Below the pieces are notes generated by a model. That model was not told the DNA's origin and did not search any database. It saw only the letters and a list, made by a program, of their open reading frames with translations. A stretch of 64,000 nucleotides of DNA from an uncultured Desulfobacteraceae bacterium (lineage in GTDB: Bacteria > Desulfobacterota > Desulfobacteria > Desulfobacterales > UBA5616), in the NCBI GenBank assembly GCA_964386565.1, contig CAYLRU010000007.1, positions 39,504 to 103,503 of the forward strand, written 5' to 3'. Shown here one piece after another: positions 36,948 through 46,511 of this stretch (positions are counted from its first letter, which is position 1; every line of letters starts with the position of its first letter). The translations under genes were made by a program, and so were the position numbers.

Positions 36948-37667
36948 TCACACGGTGGTATTTATCTCTTCAATAATTTTCTTCACGGCCGCCACAGGGT
37001 CTTTGGCATCCCGGATGGGTCTTCCAATGACCAGGTAATCCGCCCCGCTTCGGATGGCCCCGGCCGGGGTTGTCGTCCGTTTTTGATCATCTCCGTAGAC
37101 GGTATTACGGGCCGTCCGTATCCCCGGTGCCACGGCCAGAAAGTCTTTGCCCAGGGCGTTCTTGATCATGCCCACCTCCCGGCCGGAGCATACGACACCG
37201 GCGCAACCGGCGTCTTTGGCGGTTTGGGCTTTCTTCAAAATCAGTTCAGCGGGATCATTGGAAAAAATATCGGCATATCCTGCCTGGCGAAGATCATTTC
37301 CCGACACGCTGGTCAGCACCGTAACACCCAGCACCCCCACGCGACCGGCGCTGCCCGTCACCGCCGCTTTGAGCATTTCGGATGATTCCGCACAATGGAC
37401 CGTGGCCAGTTGAACCCCCAAATCCGCAACAGAGGCCATGGCCCGGGAAACCGTTGCCGGGATATCATGCAGTTTTAAATCCAGAAATATGCCGGCATCG
37501 CTTTGGGTTTTAATCATCTTCACCACATCAGGCCCGCACCGGATAAACAGTTCCAGTCCCACCTTGAACATGCCGACATACGGCGTGAGCAGTTTCACGA
37601 ACTGCAGGGCCGCATCAAACGACGGAACGTCCAGGGAGAAGATAATAAAATCTTTTGCGCACTTCAT
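36948..37667 (-). CDS. pyrF: Orotidine 5'-phosphate decarboxylase
   Basis: Blocks FSLDVPS, MFKVGLELF, DLKLHDIPATV and VIGRPI. Confidence 0.9.
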   Translation of the reverse strand: MKCAKDFIIFSLDVPSFDAALQFVKLLTPYVGMFKVGLELFIRCGPDVVKMIKTQSDAGIFLDLKLHDIPATVSRAMASVADLGVQLATVHCAESSEMLKAAVTGSAGRVGVLGVTVLTSVSGNDLRQAGYADIFSNDPAELILKKAQTAKDAGCAGVVCSGREVGMIKNALGKDFLAVAPGIRTARNTVYGDDQKRTTTPAGAIRSGADYLVIGRPIRDAKDPVAAVKKIIEEINTTV

Positions 37668-39388
37668 GGCGCTTTGCCTCCGATGATATCATCATGGTGT
37701 TCAATAACATCCATACCATCCGACAGAATATAATTCAAATTGGCCAGAACACGATGGGTCGCTTTTGACAGAAAGACCCGGGCTGTCTTTTTCTTTAAAT
37801 CCGACACCAACGCATCCTTGCACATCAGATATCCCAACACCGTGTCGGTGGCCAGTTCCACAAGCCGTCGGGCATGATACTCCTGGTAAACCGGGTCTTT
37901 TTTCCCTTTGATGTGGGATACGGCGCTCTCCAGGTGGGCTCTGAATTCACGGGCCGTTTCAAAAAGGTCCGCCACCTGGGAAAAATCCGTGTGATCCTCA
38001 TAATCGTTGAGCCACTCGGTGACCATCCCGCCCATGACCCCGCCGATGGCGGCAACTATCTGCAGTTGGGTGGTACCTTCGTAAATATTGGTTACCCGGG
38101 CATCCCGGTAGTATCGTTCCACGTTGAATTCACAGGTATATCCCACACCACCGTGGATCTGGATGGCATCATAGCAGATTCGGTTGGCCATCTCGGCAGC
38201 ATATGCCTTGACCATTGGCGTAAACAGGGCCGCATATTTGGCATACCGTTTGGCGTCGTCTTTTAAATCTCTCTGGCTGTCGGCAGAGTGCTCCATTCGG
38301 TGCTCTATGCCTTCTTTGATATCCACAATGCAGGATGTCTCATAAAGAAGGGTGCGGGCCGCCTCGATATGAACTTTCATGTCGGTAAGCATTTCATACA
38401 CAGCGGAAAAATCACGGATGGGTTTTTTAAACTGGACCCGCGAAGTAGCATATTGCCGAGCCTCCCGGAAAGCCGCTTCTGCTATTCCCACGGCCTGTGC
38501 GGCAACACCGAGCCTGGCCCCGTTCATCAGTGCCATGGTGTATTTCACCAAGCCCATCTTCCGCTTGCCCAACAGCTCCGCCGGGGCGTCGTTAAACTGG
38601 ATCTCACAGGTGGGGGACCCGTGAATACCGAGTTTATGCTCGATCCGGCGGATTTTCATATGGGGATCCCGCTGGTAAATAAACAGGGATATACCCCGTC
38701 CCCCGGTGGACCCCTCTTCGGAACGGGCCATGACAAGGGAAATATCGGCGCAACCATTCGTGATGAATCGCTTCACCCCGTTTAACAGCCATTGACCTTC
38801 TTCATTTTGATGGGCCTTTAGAACGATGGACTGAAGGTCCGAACCGGCATCCGGTTCGGTGAGGGCCATTGCACCCATGACCTCACCGGAGGCAAATCGC
38901 GGCAGTAACCGGCTTTTCTGATCTTCGGAGCCGAAGTGGTAAATGGTATCGGCAATTTCCTGGAGACCGAAAATATTCATTAATGCGGCGTCGGCCCGTG
39001 AAATCATCTCAATGGCAATGGAATAAATCGTCTTGGGCATATTGATGCCCCCGTATTTTCTTGGGAGGGTAAATCCCATAAGGTCAGCTTTTTTCAGGCG
39101 ATCCAGTGCTTCCAGGGTCCCCTTGGCATAAACCACTTCTCCATCCTTAAATGTCGCACCCACCTGGTCCACCTCGGCCGCCCGATCGGCAACGAATTCA
39201 CCGGCGATCTCTCCGACTATCTCAAGTACGCGGTCGTAATTATCCCTTGCATCATCGGCATCTTTGGGCGCATAAGGAAATTCATCTTTTTCCACAAAAT
39301 GGTTCTCTTTGAGTTCGATGACCCGCAAAAGATCCATATTTTTCATGTGAAATAAAATGTCAGGGTTATCTCTGTAAAAATTCGGCAC
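37664..39388 (-). CDS. Long-form acyl-CoA dehydrogenase (about 574 aa, with an extra C-terminal helical domain)
   Basis: ACAD blocks ALTEPDAGSD, KRFITNG and IYEGTTQLQ. It lies immediately downstream of etfBA. Confidence 0.9.
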   Translation of the reverse strand: MPNFYRDNPDILFHMKNMDLLRVIELKENHFVEKDEFPYAPKDADDARDNYDRVLEIVGEIAGEFVADRAAEVDQVGATFKDGEVVYAKGTLEALDRLKKADLMGFTLPRKYGGINMPKTIYSIAIEMISRADAALMNIFGLQEIADTIYHFGSEDQKSRLLPRFASGEVMGAMALTEPDAGSDLQSIVLKAHQNEEGQWLLNGVKRFITNGCADISLVMARSEEGSTGGRGISLFIYQRDPHMKIRRIEHKLGIHGSPTCEIQFNDAPAELLGKRKMGLVKYTMALMNGARLGVAAQAVGIAEAAFREARQYATSRVQFKKPIRDFSAVYEMLTDMKVHIEAARTLLYETSCIVDIKEGIEHRMEHSADSQRDLKDDAKRYAKYAALFTPMVKAYAAEMANRICYDAIQIHGGVGYTCEFNVERYYRDARVTNIYEGTTQLQIVAAIGGVMGGMVTEWLNDYEDHTDFSQVADLFETAREFRAHLESAVSHIKGKKDPVYQEYHARRLVELATDTVLGYLMCKDALVSDLKKKTARVFLSKATHRVLANLNYILSDGMDVIEHHDDIIGGKAP

Positions 39389-39398
39389 TGTTCCCTCC

Positions 39399-40406
39399 TT
39401 ATGCTCTTGCCTTATATGCTTTTATCATTCTTGGAATGACATCATGGATATCTCCGATGATACCGTAATGGGCGATCTTGAAAATCGGCGCATCCGGATC
39501 ACGGTTAATGGCAATAATCCGTTTCGACCCTTCCATACCCGCACGATGCTGGATCTGCCCCGATATCCCGCAGGCGATATACAGATTCGGTCTGACGGTT
39601 ACCCCGGTCTGGCCTACCTGGCGGCTCCGCTCCAACAAACCGGTATCGACCACAGGGCGGGAGGATCCTACAACACCACCGAGCGTTTTGGCCAGGGCAT
39701 TCACCAGGACGAGCCCCTCAGGATCACCAGCGCCCATACCGGCCGATACAATGATTTTCGCGGACTTTAAATTCACCGTTTTTTCCTCGCGAACCACCTC
39801 AATCACCTCGGTCAAAAAATCCTCATCCGGCAGATCGCAGGTTTTTGTAATCACCTGGGCGGTCTTTGACGGATCGGGCTCGGTCATTTTCATGACCCCT
39901 TCCCTTACCGTGGCCATACTGGGCACACTCTCCGGTGATACAATGGTAGCGATGATATTGCCGCCGAACGCCGGACGGATTTGAAGCAGGATGTTTTCGT
40001 ATACCCGGTCCTTGATTTTATGGTCACCGATCGTAAGCTGTGTGCAATCGGCCGTTAGTCCGCATTTCAATGCCGATGCCACCCTGGGCGCCACATCCCG
40101 TCCCATGGTTGTTGCACCGAACAAAACAATTTGGGGCTCTTTCGCCTTAATTGTATTGACGACGATTTTTGAAAACGGCACGGATGAAAACCGATACAGG
40201 CGTTCATCATCCGTGTAATAAATTCGGGAACATCCGTACCGGCCCAAACCGGCCAGTTCTTCCCGGGCGCCATACCCCACAGCCACGCCCTCGACATCAA
40301 CGTTCAGCCTTTTCGCCAACCTCCCGGCCTCGCAAATCAACTCCAGGCTGACATCGGCAACCCGACCGTCATTCATTTCGACAAACACCATTACGTTTTT
40401 CTTCAT
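39399..40406 (-). CDS. etfA: Electron transfer flavoprotein subunit alpha
   Basis: Blocks VSAGMGAG, PNLYIACGISGQIQH and IIAINRDPDAPIF. Confidence 0.9.
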   Translation of the reverse strand: MKKNVMVFVEMNDGRVADVSLELICEAGRLAKRLNVDVEGVAVGYGAREELAGLGRYGCSRIYYTDDERLYRFSSVPFSKIVVNTIKAKEPQIVLFGATTMGRDVAPRVASALKCGLTADCTQLTIGDHKIKDRVYENILLQIRPAFGGNIIATIVSPESVPSMATVREGVMKMTEPDPSKTAQVITKTCDLPDEDFLTEVIEVVREEKTVNLKSAKIIVSAGMGAGDPEGLVLVNALAKTLGGVVGSSRPVVDTGLLERSRQVGQTGVTVRPNLYIACGISGQIQHRAGMEGSKRIIAINRDPDAPIFKIAHYGIIGDIHDVIPRMIKAYKARA

Positions 40407-40423
40407 ATCTGATAAAACTCCCT

Positions 40424-41293
40424 CTATCCGATGATATGCTCATCCATCAGCCCATGAATCAATTCCGAGATACCGTCCTGGGTATTGGGAATCTGTCTGG
40501 CTTCTCCGGTTGTCAGCACGATGTTTTCGATTTTTTTGACCTTTGTCGGCGACCCGGACAGGCCGCACAGATCAGGGTCGGCGCCGATGGTATTGACATT
40601 CCACTCCTTGATCCGGACATTCATTTCACAGCTTTTCGGATCCAGGTAGGCCTCGTCATAGGATGTTTCACAGAGAATACTGTCCACATTCTTATAGGCC
40701 ATCACCCGTTTGGCACTGGGTGAACGCGGTTCATTGGCCCCGGCTGTGACCGTAATCAAAACCGGCAGACGACTTTTTACGATTTCATACCCGTTTTCCA
40801 CAACCCGCTTTACCGTCACCGCTTCTTCATTGATATCCATGATTTCGCATACGCAGGTCAGTTGGTTCCAGTTGAGCTTTTCAGCAATCTGGGGACCCAC
40901 CTGGGCAGTATCACCGTCAATGGCCTGTCGGCCGCATAAAATCAAATCGACATTTCCCACCTGCTCAATGGCGCATTTCAACGCATAAGAGGTGGCAAGG
41001 GTGTCAGCACCGGCAAACCGCCTGTCCGAGACCAGGATTACCTCGTCAGCGCCTCTGTAAAGGCATTCCTTTAATACATCCTTTGCCTTTGGCGGCCCCA
41101 TGCTGATAGCCGTTATGGATCCACCGATGGAATCTTTAATCTTTAAGGCCTCTTCCAAGGCATTCAAATCTTCCGGGTTGAATATGGCCGGCAAAACGCT
41201 ACGATTCACCGTACCGTCCGGTTTCATGGCCTCACCGGACAAATTGTGGGTATCTGGAACCTGTTTTACCGTTACGACCATTTTTATACCCAT
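40424..41293 (-). CDS. etfB: Electron transfer flavoprotein subunit beta
   Basis: Blocks VVTVKQVPD and GADTLATSYAL..DLILCGRQAIDGDTAQVGP. The start could also be ATG 41281. Confidence 0.9.
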   Translation of the reverse strand: MGIKMVVTVKQVPDTHNLSGEAMKPDGTVNRSVLPAIFNPEDLNALEEALKIKDSIGGSITAISMGPPKAKDVLKECLYRGADEVILVSDRRFAGADTLATSYALKCAIEQVGNVDLILCGRQAIDGDTAQVGPQIAEKLNWNQLTCVCEIMDINEEAVTVKRVVENGYEIVKSRLPVLITVTAGANEPRSPSAKRVMAYKNVDSILCETSYDEAYLDPKSCEMNVRIKEWNVNTIGADPDLCGLSGSPTKVKKIENIVLTTGEARQIPNTQDGISELIHGLMDEHIIG

Positions 41294-41619
41294 ATACGCT
41301 TTCCTCCCATTTAAAATAATACCCTAATTGATCGTAAACAGAATTGAAAAAACAACGGGGTCATATCTTGCTACCGGAAGCGATATTAAAATATTGCCGG
41401 TTCGCCAAAACACGCGTTGGGATTAATACATCATGAAGGTTCTCGGCTTTGTTTACGAATAATCGGGGTAATAAAAACAGGGTCTATCACCGACATCCCC
41501 GGAAAAGGAGATATTGTGTTTAACCCTGTCGATTATTTCCCGGGCAAACTACCAGTGCCGACGGCAAAATGTCAAGGCAATAAATGTGAAAGTATGAGCA
41601 TCATGAACTGCCGTTATTT

Positions 41620-42072
41620 TTACCGGCCGTAGCGTCCCATCAATTCTGTTTTTTCGAGCACATGCCCCTCCATGGCCTTTAACAGGTCCTGTTTGGAGGC
41701 ACCTGGTTTCAAACCCAAAACCGTGTCAAGGGCATAGAGTTTAAAAAAATACCGGTGCGTTCCGCCCGGGGGACAGGGGCCACCATAGCCGATAGCGCCG
41801 AAACTGCTTCGCCCCTGTGTTCCGCCCTTTTCCGGCCGTTCAGAAGGGCCGATATCCTCGGGCAATATATCGATATCGGCAGGGATGTCATAATACACCC
41901 AATGAACCCATGTTCCCACGGGTGCGTCCGGATCATCGCAGATCAATGCCAGACTTGCTGCTTTTTCCGGCAGTCCGGTCCACTTCAGCGGCGGCGATAC
42001 ATCAGCGCCGTCACATGTATACTTTTCCGGAATCAGTTCTTCGTTCTTAAATACAGGACTCGTCAGTTCCAT
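41620..42072 (-). CDS. YbhB/YbcL (PEBP / Raf-kinase-inhibitor-like) family protein
   Basis: Start at MELTSPVF after a GGAGG RBS. Blocks CDDPDAP, GGPCPPGGTHRYFFKLYALD. Confidence 0.85.
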   Translation of the reverse strand: MELTSPVFKNEELIPEKYTCDGADVSPPLKWTGLPEKAASLALICDDPDAPVGTWVHWVYYDIPADIDILPEDIGPSERPEKGGTQGRSSFGAIGYGGPCPPGGTHRYFFKLYALDTVLGLKPGASKQDLLKAMEGHVLEKTELMGRYGR

Positions 42073-42499
42073 GATAAAGCCTCCCCGGAAATGATTTCCA
42101 AACCACTTCCAATTTAATAATGACAAACCTTTCCCCGTAAACGCATCTTTTATGTCCAAACAATCCAACATTCGGGCATTATTTAAGATACCATTTTTTT
42201 ATAAAATATTTTGTTTTAAATTACAAGTAAACCCCATCAACCCGTAATACCCTATCTTAAATATAAATTTCGAAATTGATTAATTCAGAAACCGACGAGC
42301 TTTTCATTATTCCCATGGATAGCGCGGAATGGTTAATCGCCAAGAATGGGCCGGCCTGATTTTTACAGCGGTTGGCAGGTCTGAAAGGTCTTCAGTAAAA
42401 ATAACTTTTAAAAATATTTAAATATGATATTTAAATAACAAACATCCGTTTTCCCATGGCCGACAATTTTAGGGATTCAATCTGAAAAAGGGGTATGGT

Positions 42500-43510
42500 A
42501 TGCCGATGAGACATCACCGTCTGTTGGTTTTTATTTTTCTTATCATATTGGCATGTATTTTGAGTCCGGATCCTTCAAGGGGATCCGAGACAGCAGGATC
42601 GGGATTTGACGAAAAAATTGCCGCCGTAAATGGTGTCGGAATTACCAAACGGGATTTTATCTGGGCACTTTCCAGCGAGGAACAGCGTTTAACCAGTTCG
42701 GGAAAAATATTGACACCGGAAGAGAAGAACGACTTGAAGCGATCCGTTCTGGACCAACTCGTCAACCGGGAAATACTCTATCAGGAAAGCCGGAAAAAGA
42801 ATATCGTCGTCTCAGAATTAAAAATTGAACAGGAGTATGGAAGAATACGCGCCTCCATGATGTCCGATATCGACTTGGAAACCATAAAAAAGGAACTGGA
42901 CATGGACGAAAATCACATCAAAAACGAGTTCAGGCGTGTATTTGCCATTAAAATGTTGATGGCCCAGGAATTGGTAATCGACGATTCGGTAACTGAAAAA
43001 GAAACCCGGGATTTTTATGACAGCAACCCTGATAAGTTTATCATTCCCGGACCGATTTATGTAAGGCATATATTAATACAGGTTAAACCGGGTGCTGATG
43101 AAACCCGAAAAGCCGATGCCAGAAAAAAGGCGGAAGAGATATATGAAAAAGTGAAAGCCGGTGAAGATTTTTCGGAATTGGCAAAAGCCTATTCCGAAGG
43201 CCCGTCTGCAGTCAAGGGCGGGGCCATCGGATGGCTGAAAACCGGCCGCACCGTAAAGGCATTTGAAGATGCCGCCTTTGCCCTGGGAGTCGGAGAAGTC
43301 AGCGGAATCGTGGAAACCCCATACGGGTTTCATATTATTAAGGTGACGGACAAAAAGCCGGACAGGGTTTTTGCTTATGATGATATACAGGGACAGTTAT
43401 CGGATTACCTGAAAAAACAAAAAGTATCCCTGACGGAAAAAGCGTACATCGAAAAGCTTAAAAAAAAGGCAACGATCGAACAGTTTGTTGATATTCTGAC
43501 AATGGAATAA
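42500..43510 (+). CDS. Periplasmic parvulin-type peptidyl-prolyl isomerase (SurA/PrsA-like)
   Basis: Signal peptide, then a SurA_N-like region and the PpiC domain (VRHILI...FSELAKAYSEGPSAVKGGAIGW...GFHIIKV). Confidence 0.85.
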   Translation: MPMRHHRLLVFIFLIILACILSPDPSRGSETAGSGFDEKIAAVNGVGITKRDFIWALSSEEQRLTSSGKILTPEEKNDLKRSVLDQLVNREILYQESRKKNIVVSELKIEQEYGRIRASMMSDIDLETIKKELDMDENHIKNEFRRVFAIKMLMAQELVIDDSVTEKETRDFYDSNPDKFIIPGPIYVRHILIQVKPGADETRKADARKKAEEIYEKVKAGEDFSELAKAYSEGPSAVKGGAIGWLKTGRTVKAFEDAAFALGVGEVSGIVETPYGFHIIKVTDKKPDRVFAYDDIQGQLSDYLKKQKVSLTEKAYIEKLKKKATIEQFVDILTME

Positions 43511-43544
43511 CCCTTTTACACATTTAAACGGAAAAGTTGCGCCC

Positions 43545-43802
43545 ATGCCCAAGCACAGTTACAGGTTTGCAGAAGAGTATAACGGATTCGTCGGATTCGG
43601 AATGGACCGGAAAACGGATGAGGCATCCCTGGTGGTCTATTTGCAGAAATTTTCAGACGACGACCTGATGAATGTATTAAAAGAACGTCTTACTGACGAG
43701 GAAATAAAAGAAGTGGTGGATCTTATTCACAGATTGATGCGAAACCATTTTAAGGAAGAAGAATATCATCGACTGTTTTTAAAAGATGGACATGGGCACT
43801 GA
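43545..43802 (+). CDS. Small hypothetical cytoplasmic protein (85 aa)
   Basis: The amino-acid composition looks protein-like (LTDEEIKEVVDLIHRLMRNHFKEEEYHRLF). I do not recognise a family. Confidence 0.45.
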   Translation: MPKHSYRFAEEYNGFVGFGMDRKTDEASLVVYLQKFSDDDLMNVLKERLTDEEIKEVVDLIHRLMRNHFKEEEYHRLFLKDGHGH

Positions 43803-43816
43803 TCGTTTAAAAATAA

Positions 43817-43873
43817 TTTCAAAACCCCTTCCGGGTCCAATCTCTGTGTTGGTCCGAGGCATTCAATTCTCGG
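43817..43873. repeat. Intergenic repeat element, family A, half copy (A4)
   Basis: TTTCAAAACCCCTTCCGGGTCCAATCTCTGTGTTGGTCCGAGGCATTCAATTCTCGG. Confidence 0.5.
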
Positions 43874-43875
43874 AA

Positions 43876-43915
43876 CAGGTACCAGGGACACGATGATTCG
43901 TGCCCCTGGTACCTG
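43876..43915. terminator. Strong hairpin between convergent genes (possible bidirectional terminator)
   Basis: CAGGTACCAGGGACACGA-TGAT-TCGTGCCCCTGGTACCTG forms an 18-bp stem with one mismatch. There is no clear U-tract on either side. Confidence 0.45.
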
Positions 43916-45124
43916 TCAAAGAATGGCCTTATCCTCCTTGAATGCGACAATATCATCCCAGGTATACCCCATTTCGATCAGGATCTCTTCCGTATGCTGA
44001 CCCAGTTCCGGTGCCGGGGTTCTGATGGATGCCGGCGTTTTTTTCAATTTGATCGGCGCGTTGATCAGCTTGAACGGGCCGTGTTCCGGATGAACGACTT
44101 CGGCGACAAACTCGTTAGCCGCCGCCTGGGGGTCGTTCAGTGCTTCCGCCAGGGTTTGTATGGGAGCCCAGATAATTTCTTTTTCATCGAACAGGGCGCC
44201 CCATTCATCACGCCGCCGTGTCATAAAAATATCGTCCAACATGGCAATCAGCGGCGCGGGGTTTTCCGCCCTGACGAACATATTCTCGTACTGTTTATCA
44301 TGCTCTAAGTGTTCTATACCTGCAACTTTACAAAAACTAGACCAGTACCGATCCGATTGCAGGCATGCCAGCATAAGCCATTTGCCGTCCTTGCATTTAT
44401 AAGAGTTAAAAAGGGGGTTGGGTACTTCTTTTCTGGAAACCCGGGACGGCTCTTCCTCGGCAAATCCCGCTCCCACAACGGAAAGACCGTTGCACCACAG
44501 GGCCGTCCCCAACAGGGAAATATCCACTTTCTGGGCAATGCCCGTCCGCTCCCTGACAAGCAGGGCAAGGGCAATGCCCCCGGCCAGCGCCATGGCGCTG
44601 GTGTTGTCCCCGTATCCCGGCAGGCATTGGGGCGGCGGTGCATCCGGTTCTCCGATCATGTTCATAATCCCGCCCCTGGCCCAGAAAGCCGCATAATCAA
44701 AACCCGGCCGCATATACTCAGGGCCCTTTTCACCGTAACCACTGCCATGAGCGTAGATCAGTTTGGGATTGATAGCGGAAAGGGTATCGTAATCCACTTC
44801 CAGTTTCTTCAGCACGTCTGAACGGATATTGGATACGAACACATCCGCCTGCTCAACCAGCCTGTACATTATCTGTTTACCTTTTTCCACCCTCAGATCA
44901 ACGGCCATTCCCCGTTTATTGCGGTTTTCAAGCTCCCAGGGAAAGTTGATTTCCGGAACCTCCGTACCGCCGCCGAACATGATGATGGCGCGCTGGGGAT
45001 CACCGGTAACCGGATCTTCGACCTTAATCACATCCGCCCCCAGGTCCGCCAGAATGGCCGTTCCTCCCGGGGCAAATATCCATGTAGTAAAATCGATTAC
45101 TTTTATTCCTTCAAGTGCCAGCAC
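43916..45124 (-). CDS. Family III CoA-transferase (CaiB/BaiF/Frc type)
   Basis: Block LEGIKVIDFTTWIFAPGGTAILADLGADVIKVEDP, with typical length. Confidence 0.9.
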   Translation of the reverse strand: MLALEGIKVIDFTTWIFAPGGTAILADLGADVIKVEDPVTGDPQRAIIMFGGGTEVPEINFPWELENRNKRGMAVDLRVEKGKQIMYRLVEQADVFVSNIRSDVLKKLEVDYDTLSAINPKLIYAHGSGYGEKGPEYMRPGFDYAAFWARGGIMNMIGEPDAPPPQCLPGYGDNTSAMALAGGIALALLVRERTGIAQKVDISLLGTALWCNGLSVVGAGFAEEEPSRVSRKEVPNPLFNSYKCKDGKWLMLACLQSDRYWSSFCKVAGIEHLEHDKQYENMFVRAENPAPLIAMLDDIFMTRRRDEWGALFDEKEIIWAPIQTLAEALNDPQAAANEFVAEVVHPEHGPFKLINAPIKLKKTPASIRTPAPELGQHTEEILIEMGYTWDDIVAFKEDKAIL

Positions 45125-45182
45125 TTATATTCCTCCTCCTTCTAAATCTCTGATTTTCACAGCTTCCGAATCTTCCCTGACG

Positions 45183-46274
45183 CTAATTTTGTTTCATTGC
45201 CGCTTCCAGTTCCCCCAGGGTTCCCGGCGGGATCTTTACATCGGGTCTGGCCACAAGACCGATGGCTTCAGTGGGGCATGTACTGACGCAGAGCCCGCAA
45301 CCGATACACTGCAGGTCTTCCACGGCGGCTACATCTCCCATGGATATGGCATTGACCGGGCACCTGGTAAGACAGGTCTCGCAGGCCGTACACAGGTCTT
45401 CATCGACTTTGGCGTAATACCCCGACGTCAGCATGGCGGATGCAGGGGATGCGGCCTTTGCCATCCTCAGAATGCCGCAATGACAAGAGCAGCAATTGCA
45501 GATAAACACCAGTTCTTCCGATGTATTGGCGGAGCAATGAACCAAGCCCTCTTCTTCGGCCCTTTTCAGTATTTCGATGGCTTCCTGCTTGTCGACCATC
45601 CGGCCGTTCATTCTTTCTGCCGCGTAAACAGCCATTTCACCAAAGGCCATACAGTTTTTGTGGGAGACGCCGCAGTCATCCGCTTCATCCAGCAGAACCG
45701 CATGATGGCGGCAAAAACAGGTCCCCACGGTAATGGCCTGGGTTTTTTCGACATATTTCAACAGTTCGGCAAAGGGCAGTACGTCCTTTTTCGGAACAAC
45801 TTCTTCTCCAACGGGAAGTACACGAAAGTACGATGTTTCCGGCGGCGGCAGAGGTTCTGGTAGTGAATCGCGAAGATCCTGGATAATCTCAAGATAATTT
45901 TTGAACCGGCGGGCTATGAGATAGTCACGTTCATTTTTCGTACCCCGATAAAATTGCCCTTCAAATATACCGGGCAAAAGCGGAAGCAGGGAATATCTGT
46001 AAACACCATCGTCATATTTCTTGCTATGGAGAAAACCGTTGTCGGCCATATGTTCCAGTTTTGACCGAACATCTTCTACAGGTTGTCCCATTTCTTCAGC
46101 AACCGCCTCGGCAGTCGTGGATTTTCCGGACAGGCGAACGGCCACCGCCGCTTCTTCCGGTGTCACCAGGTCTTTTAACAGGGCATAGAATTCTTCATTG
46201 GGAATAACCGGAATAGCGCCGCCGGCCTTTTTCAGGTCTTCCGCAAGGTCTTGGTACACTTGTTCAATCGTCAT
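45183..46274 (-). CDS. Winged-helix plus Cys-rich/2x[4Fe-4S] ferredoxin-domain protein
   Basis: N-terminal wHTH-like segment. Cys clusters CFCRHH and CNCCSCHC. C-terminal CTACETCLTRCP ... CIGCGLCVSTCP. Confidence 0.75.
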   Translation of the reverse strand: MTIEQVYQDLAEDLKKAGGAIPVIPNEEFYALLKDLVTPEEAAVAVRLSGKSTTAEAVAEEMGQPVEDVRSKLEHMADNGFLHSKKYDDGVYRYSLLPLLPGIFEGQFYRGTKNERDYLIARRFKNYLEIIQDLRDSLPEPLPPPETSYFRVLPVGEEVVPKKDVLPFAELLKYVEKTQAITVGTCFCRHHAVLLDEADDCGVSHKNCMAFGEMAVYAAERMNGRMVDKQEAIEILKRAEEEGLVHCSANTSEELVFICNCCSCHCGILRMAKAASPASAMLTSGYYAKVDEDLCTACETCLTRCPVNAISMGDVAAVEDLQCIGCGLCVSTCPTEAIGLVARPDVKIPPGTLGELEAAMKQN

Positions 46275-46417
46275 GGCATCTCCTCATGTTTTTTAGGGTT
46301 TCGATCCTTGTGCCGATCCACGGCTTTGAGGCCGAACACCCGTGAAAAGGTCTCCGTTGCCTTGTCAAGATCTTCCACGGCAACGGTAATATGATCCAAC
46401 CGCGTAATTCGCATCAT
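46271..46417 (-). pseudogene. 48-aa remnant of a VOC/glyoxalase (methylmalonyl-CoA-epimerase-like) gene
   Basis: MMRITRLDHITVAVEDLDKATETFSRVFGLK matches only the first beta-alpha-beta unit of a VOC domain of about 130 aa. The sequence then diverges and stops, with an ATGA overlap to the next gene. Confidence 0.4.
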
Positions 46418-46511
46418 GATCTCTTCCTTTTTTTCGAAACCGATTCCGGGCAAATTTTAAGTGAGCTTCTTATTCATTTGTCTTTCATGACGTTCTCCTG
46501 CAGTTGCGATC

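Noticed and set aside
37664-41293. Electron-bifurcating Etf/acyl-CoA dehydrogenase complex
   Set aside because: By eye, I cannot tell from the sequence whether EtfB binds a second FAD (bifurcating type) or AMP. No ferredoxin-linked partner or EtfQO-like gene is adjacent. I treat it as an ordinary ACAD-EtfBA beta-oxidation unit.
41514-41632. 38-aa Cys-containing ORF (MFNPVDYFPGKLPVPTAKCQGNKCESMSIMNCRYFYRP, GTG start after AAAGGAGA) as a RiPP precursor or small protein
   Set aside because: No maturation, export or immunity genes are nearby. Its 3' end overlaps the convergent PEBP gene, and I cannot assess conservation. It is worth checking only if Ribo-seq data exist.
44829-45863. 344-aa plus-strand ORF, the longest unassigned ORF in the track
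   Set aside because: It runs antisense across two well-supported minus-strand genes (the CoA-transferase and the wHTH-ferredoxin) and the gap between them. Its composition is biased (Ser/Arg/Gly/Pro) and it has no recognisable domain. This is the usual shadow ORF seen opposite GC-rich third codon positions. The same reasoning applies to 20467-21105, 13991-14572, 8586-9026 and 6393-6926.
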